Source: Acidilobaceae archaeon (GTDB taxonomy: Archaea > Thermoproteota > Thermoprotei_A > Sulfolobales > Acidilobaceae). Taken from it: a stretch of 63,599 nt of DNA. Each line of letters opens with the position of its first letter. The stretch's first letter is position 1. Below are positions 52,349-62,033 of the stretch, in pieces. The position numbers and the translations under genes were made by a program. The notes beneath the pieces were generated by a model. That model did not search any database. It was not told the origin of the DNA and saw only the letters and a list, made by a program, of their open reading frames with translations. Location: assembly GCA_026986415.1 (NCBI GenBank), contig JALSOR010000005.1:1-63599 (forward strand), given 5' to 3'.

Positions 52349-53761
52349 GTGTATCCCGTATTGGCGTGGTCAATACTTGAAATTATACGTGAGAACCCGG
52401 ACTTGTACGCCGAGCACTTAAAAAGAAGGCAGCTCGATCCAGGCCTGGCATACAAGTTTTACGATATAGATAGGCAGTGGAGGAGCCTCCTAACGAGGGT
52501 TAACGAGCTCAGGCATGAGCATAACGTGATCAGCAGGAGCATTGGAAAAGAGAAGGATCCTGTCAAGCGGCGGATGCTGGTGGAGAAGGCAAGACAGCTC
52601 CTCGCAGAGCTGGAGAGGCTCGAGAAGGAGCTTCAAAGACTGGAAGAGGCTCGTAGAGAGCTTTTACTACAGCTGCCTAATATTGTTGATGATGACGTTC
52701 CTATCGGTGGAGAAGAGGATTACCGTCCCATAGAGTACTGGGGGCGCCCCAAAGTATGGAGAGGGTATGTTGATAGGTTTAAAGAGCAAACGGAAAAGTA
52801 TGGTTTCAAGGTAGACTATGAGATTGTTGAATGGAAGCCTGTCGGCCATGCGGACATGCTAGAGTATGTTCTAAAGCTGGGTAATACTGTCAAGGCGGGC
52901 GAGGTTGCAGGCTCAAGATTCTACTATTTGTTCGACGATATCGTATGGCTTGATTTCGCACTGCTCATGTATGCTATAGATTATCTTACAAGTAAGGGGT
53001 TCACGCTCGTGACGCCACCATATATGTTGAGACATAAAGTCGTTCAAGCCGTTATCGACCTTGAAACTTTCAAGGACGCGATTTATAAGGTCGAGAACGA
53101 GGACCTCTACCTAATATCAACCGCCGAGCACCCCCTAGCAGCCCTTTACGCGTGGGAGGAAATATATGACGACGAGCTCCCAATCAAACTGGCAGGCGTA
53201 AGCCCCTGTTTTAGAAGGGAGGCCGGGGCAGGAAATAGGGATATGAAGGGAATATTCAGGGTACACCAGTTCCATAAAGTCGAGCAGTTCATTTACAGCC
53301 TGCCCGAAGAGAGCAGGAAGATTCACGAGGAGCTTATAAACAACGCCAGAGAACTCTTCCAGGGGCTCGGCCTACCCTACAGGATAATCAATATCGCCTC
53401 AGGCGATCTGGGAGCATGCGCGGTTAAGAAATACGATCTCGAGGCGTGGATGCCGGCTCAGGGCAAGTATAGGGAGATGGTTAGCGCTAGCAACTGTACT
53501 GACTGGCAAGCCTACAGGCTAGGTATTAGGCTCGTAAGAAGAAAGGGGATGGAGAGAGGATACGTTCACACTCTCAATAGTACAGCCATAGCATCTACTA
53601 GAACAATAACAGCAATACTAGAGAACTACCAGCGGGAGGACGGTGTGGTGGAGATACCTCGCGTGCTGAGAAAGTACCTCGAACCGTTCAAAGCGGCGCC
53701 TAAAGATTATATCTACCCTAGAGAGCGTCCTCCCGCCGGCCGCGTGAAAAGGCTCTCCTAA
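52349..53761 (+). CDS. serS: Seryl-tRNA synthetase
   Basis: [29 protein letters not shown] and [10 protein letters not shown] motifs. Start is probably TTG 52361. Confidence 0.98.
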   Translation: MYPVLAWSILEIIRENPDLYAEHLKRRQLDPGLAYKFYDIDRQWRSLLTRVNELRHEHNVISRSIGKEKDPVKRRMLVEKARQLLAELERLEKELQRLEEARRELLLQLPNIVDDDVPIGGEEDYRPIEYWGRPKVWRGYVDRFKEQTEKYGFKVDYEIVEWKPVGHADMLEYVLKLGNTVKAGEVAGSRFYYLFDDIVWLDFALLMYAIDYLTSKGFTLVTPPYMLRHKVVQAVIDLETFKDAIYKVENEDLYLISTAEHPLAALYAWEEIYDDELPIKLAGVSPCFRREAGAGNRDMKGIFRVHQFHKVEQFIYSLPEESRKIHEELINNARELFQGLGLPYRIINIASGDLGACAVKKYDLEAWMPAQGKYREMVSASNCTDWQAYRLGIRLVRRKGMERGYVHTLNSTAIASTRTITAILENYQREDGVVEIPRVLRKYLEPFKAAPKDYIYPRERPPAGRVKRLS

Positions 53762-54098
53762 CACGTCCCAAGAGGCCGGAGAACACGCCCCAAACACTAC
53801 CTGAGCTTTCCTCGTCTGCCCCCATACGGCTCATAGCTATGGCCCTTGCAGTAGAATCGTCCAGGCGAGAGTATTTCCTGGCCTGGGATAATAGTGTTGT
53901 GAGTTCCTCATCGCTCGCAAAGTCTAAGGGTATCCCCTCTCTGCCGTTAGACTCCCAAGTATTCATTAAACGGTCTACTATAGGTTCTACTACTGGGTCG
54001 CTGTAGAAGGCGGCCTTAACCCAGCCGCTATAGTGGTCGTCGATGAGCGATAATATCTCTCTTTTAACAGACTCCCTGTCCATAGCATTCTGCACCAT
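53718..54098 (-). CDS. Conserved hypothetical protein
   Basis: 126-aa ORF (W...G..G.PLD.A..EEL) co-oriented with the upstream DUF59 gene. Confidence 0.65.
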   Translation of the reverse strand: MVQNAMDRESVKREILSLIDDHYSGWVKAAFYSDPVVEPIVDRLMNTWESNGREGIPLDFASDEELTTLLSQARKYSRLDDSTARAIAMSRMGADEESSGSVWGVFSGLLGRVRRAFSRGRREDAL

Positions 54099-54122
54099 AT
54101 ATTCTTTAGTGTACGTCGGACG

Positions 54123-54557
54123 TTATGTTTCTTGGGCTTGCTGGGCCATCTGTTTCTTCCATTCCTCAACAACATCATATCCGAATATGGCCTTAAGCGT
54201 CTCCCTGCCCTCTTCCGTCACATAATCCGGAGTCCATGGAGGGTCGAATGTTACGTCAACAATAACGTCCTTCGCTTCTGGTACGGCGTCACGAACAGCC
54301 TCCTCTACATATGCAGCTAGCACGCCAGCGACCGGGCATCCGACTGCAGTCAGAGTTATTACCACGTGTATTATAGGGTTTTTCTCGTCCCCCTCAACGT
54401 TTATCTCATACACTAAGCCTAGATCGTAGATATTGACAGGTATCTCTGGGTCGTAGACCTCTTTTAGAGCTTTGATAATCCTATCGATGATCTGCTTGGG
54501 ACCTCTCAGTATGGGGAACTTCTTAGTCTCTACAGTTTTAGCGTTGCCTTCACTCAT
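54123..54557 (-). CDS. DUF59/SufT-like Fe-S cluster assembly factor
   Basis: ALKEVYDPEIPVNIYDLGLVY, TLTAVGCP and FDPPWT motifs. Confidence 0.93.
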   Translation of the reverse strand: MSEGNAKTVETKKFPILRGPKQIIDRIIKALKEVYDPEIPVNIYDLGLVYEINVEGDEKNPIIHVVITLTAVGCPVAGVLAAYVEEAVRDAVPEAKDVIVDVTFDPPWTPDYVTEEGRETLKAIFGYDVVEEWKKQMAQQAQET

Positions 54558-54829
54558 AGGGCGCCACCTCTTTTATTAGCCTGTAAGAAAAGGTTACCGG
54601 TCAAACCTTTTAATTTGGAGTAATGATGTGCGCCCGGATGGATGCTTCTTTTAACAATAATATATAATGATATATAAGGTGAAAGAATTATAACTAATAT
54701 TGATATTAAAAATAATATTTTATTATTAGTAATAACTGATATTAAAAATAATATTATACCAATTATTAATATTAGTATTGTATATTTAACTTTTAATAAC
54801 ACAATATTCTCTCTCAATCGTACCCCCAA
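54554..54829 (-). CDS. Small two-TM membrane protein
   Basis: Two hydrophobic helices; fills the gap in a co-oriented gene run. Start uncertain. Confidence 0.5.
   Translation of the reverse strand: MGVRLRENIVLLKVKYTILILIIGIILFLISVITNNKILFLISILVIILSPYISLYIIVKRSIHPGAHHYSKLKGLTGNLFLQANKRGGAL
54701..54755. repeat. 19-bp direct repeat TGATATTAAAAATAATATT x2 (36-nt period)
   Basis: Exact copies at 54701-54719 and 54737-54755; each encodes ILFLIS on the minus strand. Confidence 0.85.
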
Positions 54830-55607
54830 GAGTGGAAGCTTTACTCCTAATCTCTCCTATAATTGTTCGAGCAGTGCTTAATGCCTGCTCTTTATCTGGC
54901 AGGGAAAGTAGAACGCGTATGTCTAGGACGGGTTTTTCGAGTTCGTGGCCCTTAGGGTGGCTTTTAATATACGCGGCAGGATTCTTTTTAGCTATAGTTT
55001 TAAGATACGGGGCAATGCCGGATTCCGGGACTCCCTTGATTATAAGAGAGCATTCCACAGTATACAGTGGCGGTGCAATCTTTTTGATAACAGGCTCCAC
55101 GTACTGTTCGAACATAGACTTCATTTCTGAAGGAACGCCAGGCAAGGATACTACCAGCGTGTCACCGACCTCGAGGAGGCATCCTGGTGCGGCCCCTACG
55201 GGGTTGGGGATAGGTTTTGACCCTTCAGGCAAATATGCCATTTTCAAGCGTTCCTCGGTTAATGGTAGCCCCCTGCTCGAGTAGAACTTGTCAACCATTT
55301 TCTTTGCCTCAGGGTTCAATACTAGTTTAAGCCCGAAAGCTCTAGCCACACCCTGAAGAGTCATATCATCATATGTCGGCCCCAGCCCGCCTGTAGTAAT
55401 AACTACTCTCGCTCTCTCAGCAGCCCTCCTAACCTCTTCCGCTATATCTTCTAGTGAGTCCGGCACTGTTATGATTCTTCTAACAAGGAACCCGTCTAGA
55501 GTCAGTTTTTCCCCTAGCCATGACGCGTTCGTATTGACTATTCTTCCTATTAACAGCTCGTTCCCTATACTGAGAATCCAGGCGACAGGTCTTTGCATGA
55601 CCGTCAA
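54786..55607 (-). CDS. CinA-like molybdopterin-binding-domain protein
   Basis: IGNELLIG..NTN, TTGGLGPT.DD, NPVGAAPG and LPGVPSEM motifs. Confidence 0.92.
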   Translation of the reverse strand: MTVMQRPVAWILSIGNELLIGRIVNTNASWLGEKLTLDGFLVRRIITVPDSLEDIAEEVRRAAERARVVITTGGLGPTYDDMTLQGVARAFGLKLVLNPEAKKMVDKFYSSRGLPLTEERLKMAYLPEGSKPIPNPVGAAPGCLLEVGDTLVVSLPGVPSEMKSMFEQYVEPVIKKIAPPLYTVECSLIIKGVPESGIAPYLKTIAKKNPAAYIKSHPKGHELEKPVLDIRVLLSLPDKEQALSTARTIIGEIRSKASTLGGTIEREYCVIKS

Positions 55608-55756
55608 CCCCCATTCTTCTGATCGTCCGGGGAAGGAAATAGTGTGTAGTCCCCGCTTTCATCCCTATCGGGCCCAAAGGTTTTGGCCCTGTCGGCGGGT
55701 CGGCGCGCAGGTAGTTTAAAGTATATCCTGCAGGCATAATAGTGTTTAACTCGAGA

Positions 55757-57052
55757 TTACCTTGACAAGTCCAGCAGCGTTGCTACGTCGGCTTCTAGGG
55801 CATAATTGACCTTGTTGTAGTTCTTCCGGAATTCAATAACGTTTTTCTTAACAATTCCGGGATCTTTCTTTCTAACCAGAACATCTGCTATGAACTTTGC
55901 TATTTCGCACATCTCACTCCTTCCCATGCCCCATCTTGTTACCTCTTGCGTTCCTATTCTAAGGCCGCTGGGATCTTTCACGGCTGAAGGAGGGTCCCAT
56001 GGGAGGAGGTTCTTGTTCAGTATTATGTTTGCGTCTTCCAAGAGTTTTGCCGCCTTGGCTCCTCCACCGTTCTTTCTCACATCGACCAGTACTTGGTGGC
56101 TTCTCGTGTAGCCTAGATGCTCTCCCACGACATCCAGTCCCTCCTCGACGAGGCATTCTGCTAGTTTCCTTGCGTTAGCGACCACGTTGGAGGCATACTC
56201 TTTCCCGTAGACTTTCATTTCTAGTGTTGTTACTGCTAGCGCTGGTATGCGGTGTAGATGGTGGTTGCTTAGGAACCACGGGAATATCGTCTTGGAAACC
56301 TTCTTATACAGTTTCTCGTCTGTAAACGCGACTATCCCGCCCTGCGGGCCGGGAAATGTTTTATGTGTGCTCGCAGTCATAGCATCAGCGCCGAGCTTTA
56401 ACGGGTTGTGCCATGCGCCTCCGACTATTAGGCCGAACACGTGGGCTGCATCGTAGACTAGCTTCCCGTTGACCGCATGAACCGCATCTGCTATCTCGCG
56501 TACCGGGTGTGGGAAGAGGTAGACGCTTCCCCCTAGAACCGCAAACTTGGGCTTAACCTTTTCGATAAGCTTTACGGCACCATCAACATCTACGTTCATA
56601 TTTTCAGCGTCATAAGGCATCTCCACCTGTTCTATACCCAGAGCTCCAAGCGTGCCAAACTTCGTATGGCTAACATGTGCTCCCGCCTGGACCGGGGCTA
56701 TGACAGCCTTGTCTCCAGGATCTGCAAGAACCCGGAAGACGCTAGCGTTAGCTATAGTGCCGCTAATAGGTCTGGTCTCGACAAGGTCGGTCCCGAGCAT
56801 TTCACCTATAAGCTTGGCGGTTAGAACTTCCAGCTCGTCAATATACTTCGTCCCTTGATAGTAGCGTTTGAACGGCTTCCCCTCCGCATACCGGTACATG
56901 AAATCGCTAAGGTATACTTTGAGCGCCAACGGGCTCATAACATTCTCGCTAGCTATCAAATTTATAGTTTCAAGCTGCCTCCACCTGTTCTGGGCGTCTG
57001 TAAGATCTAGAACACGCTTTAGTAATACGTCAACTTCACCCATAGAGGACAC
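55757..57052 (-). CDS. glyA: Serine hydroxymethyltransferase
   Basis: [24 protein letters not shown] and SGLRIGT motifs. Confidence 0.97.
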   Translation of the reverse strand: MSSMGEVDVLLKRVLDLTDAQNRWRQLETINLIASENVMSPLALKVYLSDFMYRYAEGKPFKRYYQGTKYIDELEVLTAKLIGEMLGTDLVETRPISGTIANASVFRVLADPGDKAVIAPVQAGAHVSHTKFGTLGALGIEQVEMPYDAENMNVDVDGAVKLIEKVKPKFAVLGGSVYLFPHPVREIADAVHAVNGKLVYDAAHVFGLIVGGAWHNPLKLGADAMTASTHKTFPGPQGGIVAFTDEKLYKKVSKTIFPWFLSNHHLHRIPALAVTTLEMKVYGKEYASNVVANARKLAECLVEEGLDVVGEHLGYTRSHQVLVDVRKNGGGAKAAKLLEDANIILNKNLLPWDPPSAVKDPSGLRIGTQEVTRWGMGRSEMCEIAKFIADVLVRKKDPGIVKKNVIEFRKNYNKVNYALEADVATLLDLSR

Positions 57053-57166
57053 CTCGCGCGGGGCAACGTTTCACGCGTTCCCATGTTTTATTACTTGGTG
57101 TGGCCTCCAAGGCTTTTAGAGTTAAATGTTTTCCACGCCACAACTAGGCTACCTGGTGGTGTAGGA

Positions 57167-57991
57167 ATGCCAAAGTTTCCCGTCTCCTATGAGGATCTAA
57201 GGGAAATAGGGAAAACGGGGGAGAAAGTCCCTGCTATAGGTCTGGGCACCTGGAATATTAGAGACCCTGAAAGGGCAGTTGAAGCCTTGACATATGCTAT
57301 TGAACGGGGCCTCAAGCTTATTGATACAGCAGAAATGTATGGGGATGGTGATGCGGAGAGGCTCGTAGGTATCGTGGTTAAAAAGGTTGGTAGGGACAGG
57401 GTTTTCGTAACAACCAAGCTTCTACCCCACAGGTTTAGGAGCAGGGAGGATGTCGAGAGAGCCATGAAGGCCAGCCTTTCAAGGCTCGGGCTTAAAAGTG
57501 TGGATCTCGTGCTCATACACTGGCCTGATAGTCTATCGTCCCTGGAAACACAGATAAGGAACCTGGAATATCTTGCAGAGCGGGGCTATACACGTTATAT
57601 TGGTGTGAGTAACTTTGACTATCACCAGTTAAAGGAGGCTCTAACGTATACGAGAAAGCATGAGATAGTTGTAGACCAGGTAAAGTATAGCGTTGTGCAT
57701 AGGGAACCGGAGGCTAGACTCCTACCCTACGCGATAGAGAAGGGCATAACTGTGCAGGCATATACCCCGATAGAGAGAGGCTATGTTAACAGTATTCCCT
57801 TACTGAAACAATTGGCTGAGAAGTACGGGAAGACGCCTGTCCAGGTCGCATTAAATTTCCTATTAGCTAGACCACGCGTAATTCCTATTCCTAAAACTGA
57901 GAGGAAGGAGCGTGTAGACGAGTTTATCGGTGCTATGGGTTGGAGGCTGAGCAGCGAGGATATAGAAAAAATAGAAAATATGATTTTTTAA
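57167..57991 (+). CDS. Aldo/keto reductase
   Basis: IGLGTW, IDTAEMYG, LIHWP, IGVSNF and IPIPK motifs. Start trimmed to ATG 57167. Confidence 0.94.
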   Translation: MPKFPVSYEDLREIGKTGEKVPAIGLGTWNIRDPERAVEALTYAIERGLKLIDTAEMYGDGDAERLVGIVVKKVGRDRVFVTTKLLPHRFRSREDVERAMKASLSRLGLKSVDLVLIHWPDSLSSLETQIRNLEYLAERGYTRYIGVSNFDYHQLKEALTYTRKHEIVVDQVKYSVVHREPEARLLPYAIEKGITVQAYTPIERGYVNSIPLLKQLAEKYGKTPVQVALNFLLARPRVIPIPKTERKERVDEFIGAMGWRLSSEDIEKIENMIF

Positions 57992-58118
57992 AGAAAAAAT
58001 AATATATACTTGTCTCCTGGCAGTACTACAAATGGAGTATCCGGGTGTTCTGGCGCCTACCACTATTTATTTCAACTCTCAGGGAAGGGTTACTTCCGGA
58101 TAGCGAGGTGTTACATCC

Positions 58119-58601
58119 GTGGGGGAGAGGGTGAGGGGGGATACCTTAGAAGACCAGCTCGTCGACGGGACAATACTGTTAGAGGATAGCGGCTTGGAAA
58201 TAATGGACGATACATACCCGCAAATAGAAGTATACGTGGGCCTGTCAACGAGCGTGGAGATCCTTTATAGCGTGAGAAAGGCAGTATCGACTCTTAGAGA
58301 AGATTTCGGCCTAGAGGTTGACTATGATATTGTTAATATAAATGTGTCCGGCATATTCGCGTTTCCATCCGAGGTAGAGGCGATAATAAATATACTAGGC
58401 GTTACACGTGTGGCGATAACTAGCTCGGACCTGGAGAATTTAGGTGTGAGTGGAATAGTGGATCAAATAGTAGATAATGTGATAAGAAATATAGGTTTAA
58501 ATAAAAAGAAAAATAATGATAGTATAATGCCGTATAACATAGAGGACAACCCGAAATTTATGAGCGCGTCATGGAACGAATCCTATCTAGCGTTGGCTTA
58601 G
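58119..58601 (+). CDS. Hypothetical protein
   Basis: 160-aa acidic ORF preceded by GAGGTG. Confidence 0.6.
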   Translation: MGERVRGDTLEDQLVDGTILLEDSGLEIMDDTYPQIEVYVGLSTSVEILYSVRKAVSTLREDFGLEVDYDIVNINVSGIFAFPSEVEAIINILGVTRVAITSSDLENLGVSGIVDQIVDNVIRNIGLNKKKNNDSIMPYNIEDNPKFMSASWNESYLALA

Positions 58602-58605
58602 AATA

Positions 58606-58806
58606 CTATCGCCGCGGGAGCCTATGAGTTTTGGAGACAGTATTTCTCGCGTGAGCGACTAGATGGTATAGTAGATCCTCTTCCGTGAAAAATATTGCTT
58701 CCCCGCATATGGGGCATACTAGGAATGATTTCTTGGTTCGTTTGGCTTTAACAATAGAACCGCAACAGTCGACAATTATCTCTAAACCTTCAAACACGTC
58801 TCTCAT
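58606..58806 (-). CDS. Small C2H2-type zinc-finger protein
   Basis: VCPICGE..FF...DL..HL.AH. Confidence 0.7.
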   Translation of the reverse strand: MRDVFEGLEIIVDCCGSIVKAKRTKKSFLVCPICGEAIFFTEEDLLYHLVAHARNTVSKTHRLPRR

Positions 58807-58865
58807 ATGAGGGACACCAATCTGTATTATTTAACCCGGGAAGGGTAATAGTCTTACTATGGTTA

Positions 58866-60071
58866 GTGCTACTGCAGGCAGAGCAGCGGGCTGGAGGCAT
58901 ATTACCTCTAGGTGATGAGGACGCTATGGAGGAAAAGTATGTTGGCAAGTGTAATAATGAGTTTTCAGATGTTCTAAGGAGAGCTTGTTTATATAAATTA
59001 ATGATAAATAATATTGAAGTTAATATGTATATATTATATCTTAAAAAATTAGATAATATATTTAATATTATTGATAATTATAGAAAGAAATCCGATTTTA
59101 TAATAATAGTTGTCGAAGATCAGCAGGATATTGATTATAATTTAGTTGAAGCGCTTAAACGTATGGGTGTAAAGGTTGTTACAGGCTCTGTGCCGGTAAG
59201 CTTCGGGGAGAAAGTAGGGCTCGGTTTTGTTAAACCCGTAGTTGGTAGCAAAATAGAAAAAATATTTAATAACATCAAAAATAATTTATATAATAATAAA
59301 CTCTTATTAATTAAAAATAAAAATATAAAATTTATTGACTGCGAATTAGTCTTTCTACCGTTAAGATGCTATAATATTTTAATTAACGAAAAATCAAGTA
59401 GACATGAAATTAGAGTCGAGCATGGCGAGCTATGCTTCGAACTTGCATCAGGATCGCTGGTATCATTCGATGAAGGCCTCAAAGTTGATAGCAGATTATC
59501 TGAGCTGGGAGATTTAGATGAGACCAGCCTGCTAGTGCTCGAGTTTCTTGGAAAGAAGGGTGAAGCTTCGTTCGAGGAAATAGCTGAAATTGTTGGGTCC
59601 GAGGAGAGGGCGGAGATCGCACTTCAGGTTTTAGGTGAGCATGGCCTAGTGGGGCAGCTCGGTTTTGAAACATTTATATTGAATAATATAAAAATAAATA
59701 ATAATAATAGAGTTTATAGCTTATTAGTGGAAAGAAAGTTGCTTGTTCCGGGGAATCCTAAAAAAATGGGCAAGCTACTAGAGCCTACAGTTTCGGTATC
59801 CAAGCTTGATAGAATAATATCTGTATATGGTAGAATAAAAAATAAATATATAATATATTATCCTATATATTTAGGATTATATTTTGACGAGGGAAAGAAT
59901 GAGGAAATAGTGGTTCTAGTAGACGGTGTTTCGGGAGTTAGAAACGAGGAACTTGAAGACATAGTTGCTAGCAGCGATATGATACTCCAAATAGATGAAA
60001 TAGTCGAGTATTTAGTCAACAATGACGGTGGATGCGAGCGGGTTAAGAGAATGCGTGTAGATGACGCATAA
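58866..60071 (+). CDS. Hypothetical protein with central winged helix flanked by duplicated (F/Y)xP...(E/D)xxSG modules
   Basis: LVFLP...FELASG and IYYP...VDGVSG repeats surround a wHTH (ASFEEIAEIVG...LGEHGLV). Start is probably ATG 58926. Confidence 0.6.
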   Translation: MLLQAEQRAGGILPLGDEDAMEEKYVGKCNNEFSDVLRRACLYKLMINNIEVNMYILYLKKLDNIFNIIDNYRKKSDFIIIVVEDQQDIDYNLVEALKRMGVKVVTGSVPVSFGEKVGLGFVKPVVGSKIEKIFNNIKNNLYNNKLLLIKNKNIKFIDCELVFLPLRCYNILINEKSSRHEIRVEHGELCFELASGSLVSFDEGLKVDSRLSELGDLDETSLLVLEFLGKKGEASFEEIAEIVGSEERAEIALQVLGEHGLVGQLGFETFILNNIKINNNNRVYSLLVERKLLVPGNPKKMGKLLEPTVSVSKLDRIISVYGRIKNKYIIYYPIYLGLYFDEGKNEEIVVLVDGVSGVRNEELEDIVASSDMILQIDEIVEYLVNNDGGCERVKRMRVDDA

Positions 60072-60120
60072 CCTGCTCACAAAGTATTTTAAATTCGAAT
60101 CTTACAAGTTTCCCAGTCGC

Positions 60121-60189
60121 GGCGATGATGGGCCCCTAGCCATTGAGGCCCAGTTGGGCCTATGAACGTTGTCGAGCCGGTCCTGAGCC
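60121..60189 (+). ncRNA. Box C/D guide sRNA candidate
   Basis: GGC/GCC terminal stem, C-like GATGATG, 12-nt guide, D' TTGA, spacer hairpin AGGCCCA-GT-TGGGCCT, C'-like ATGAAC, second guide and D box CTGA. TTTTAAAT lies about 30 nt upstream. Confidence 0.75.
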
Positions 60190-60241
60190 TTAACTATTCC
60201 TACATTATTCTAAAATATATAATAAGATAAGAATAACTGGG

Positions 60242-60331
60242 AGGTGTGCCCCGCCTCACCGTTCCGCCGTCATCTTCATGCCCGGATACGTGTTTCCGGG
60301 TCTCGGCGGACGTGAGACCGGCGGGGCTCCC
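60242..60331 (-). ncRNA. Box H/ACA pseudouridylation guide RNA candidate
   Basis: Minus strand reads GCCCCGCC-GGUCUCAC-GUCCGCCG-AGA-CCCGGA..UCCGGG-CAUGAAGAUGA-CGGCGGA-ACGGUGA-GGCGGGGC-ACA. This gives a basal stem, pocket, upper stem, K-turn-like GA/UGA and an ACA box. Confidence 0.8.
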
Positions 60332-60435
60332 CAGAATAGTATATGACAGGATGACGGCTTTTTACCCTTTCAAGATTAAAACTGTTCAACCGGGAGATGC
60401 GGGTTAAACCCTAAGGTCTGAACAGCATCGCTGGC

Positions 60436-61086
60436 ATGTATGGTGAGATAAGATTGGATGATGGGAGCTTGAACTATGCATATCTAGCACTGTCTGCCAT
60501 GGAGGATATTGCGAGCTTTATAAAGAAGGCCTCGAAGGAAATAGACCCGGAGCAGGTTGCTAGATTCCTCGATGCTCTCGTTGAAGTATATCAGGATAGT
60601 GGGAGGAGAAAGGTTCTAGTTATGGGAGCCGGTAGGAGCGGTCTCGTGGGAAGAGCGTTTGCAATGAGACTACTCCACATGGGCTATAGTGCGTACGTGC
60701 TAGGGGATACAATAGTTCCGAGCGTCAGGAAAGGAGACCTGGTAGTGGCGATATCCGGGTCGGGGAGGACTAAGCTTATAGTGACCGCCGCTGAAACCGC
60801 CAAGCAAGTGGGGGCAACGGTTGTAGCGGTAACAACCTTCCCTGACAGTCCGCTAGGTAAGCTGGCAGATATAGTGGTTAGGGTTCCCGGCAGGACTAAG
60901 AGCGAAAAAATGCCGGACTATTTCGCGAGACAGATACTTGGTATACATGAGCCGTTCGCACCCCTCGGAACATTATTTGAGGATACGGCCATGGTCTTCC
61001 TCGACGGAATAATATACAGTCTAATGAACATTCTCGGCGTCTCAGAAGACGCTATGAGGGAGAGGCACGCCAACATTGAGCTCTAA
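60436..61086 (+). CDS. hxlB: 6-phospho-3-hexuloisomerase
   Basis: [21 protein letters not shown] and RHANIE motifs. Confidence 0.95.
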   Translation: MYGEIRLDDGSLNYAYLALSAMEDIASFIKKASKEIDPEQVARFLDALVEVYQDSGRRKVLVMGAGRSGLVGRAFAMRLLHMGYSAYVLGDTIVPSVRKGDLVVAISGSGRTKLIVTAAETAKQVGATVVAVTTFPDSPLGKLADIVVRVPGRTKSEKMPDYFARQILGIHEPFAPLGTLFEDTAMVFLDGIIYSLMNILGVSEDAMRERHANIEL

Positions 61087-62033
61087 CCATCCTAAAAGGA
61101 GAAGCACGGGGAGCCAAGTTCTCCGCCCCTTTCGACCCTTGGAACAGCCCGTTATGCACATGTCCTTTCAAGTTGAGCCTAAACCCGTATACGGGGTGCA
61201 GTTTTAAGTGTCTATACTGTTATGCCACAGCCTACATAGGGCTCAGGGACAGCAGTCCGAAAAAACAGTTTATCGCGAGGCTTGCCAGGGATCTGAGAAG
61301 ATATGACAAAAGAATCCCGATAAACATTGGGACCAGCAGCGACCCCTACCCCCCGGAGGAGGCGTACTACGGTCTCACACGGGCGGCGCTTAAACTATTG
61401 GTAGCCGAAAATAGGAAGGTACTAGTGACAACTAAGGGAACGCTCTACGCCAAGCGGGATCTCGATTTAATGGTTAAAGGCCACGTAGCTATAACCCCCA
61501 CAATCACAACCCTAGACCCCTCTATCTCACTGTATGTGGAGCCTGGAGCGCCAACCCCGGTCTCACGCTTGAACGCTCTTCGCACCGCCACTAGAGCTGG
61601 CGTGCCCGCCGGTGTGCGGGTCGACCCCATTATTCCGTATCTAAACGATGACCCATACATGATTGAGGATCTCATAGGCTCGATTGCAGAGGCCGGCGCG
61701 GTTTTCGTGGTAACAAGCACGTATAAGGCGAGACCGGATAGCTTGAAAAGGCTAGTCTCAGCTTTTGGAGGTCTGGGAGAGAGGATCCGGAAGCTCTATA
61801 GCGAGCAGGGGGTTAAGGTTAACGGGTACATCTATCTCCGAAAGAGCCTCCGCGAGAAACTGCTGGGCCCGGTAATAGATGCCGCCCGTCGAGCTGGGAT
61901 GGAGTATGCTGTTTGCAGGGAGGGGTTAACGGGCAAGCTATGGTTTAATGCTGGTAGCTGTGATGGGACCCATCTCATACCCGGCCCGGGTGATAGGAGG
62001 GATGAGGGGTTGCGTCGATGGCTGCATAGTTGA
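61076..62033 (+). CDS. Radical SAM protein (spore photoproduct lyase-like family) with a +1 frameshift near codon 19
   Basis: The main frame (ORF track 61173-62033) has [21 protein letters not shown] and RVDPIIP. The N-terminus VLRPF|DPW..LCTCP is split across two frames at 61127-61136. Confidence 0.8.
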
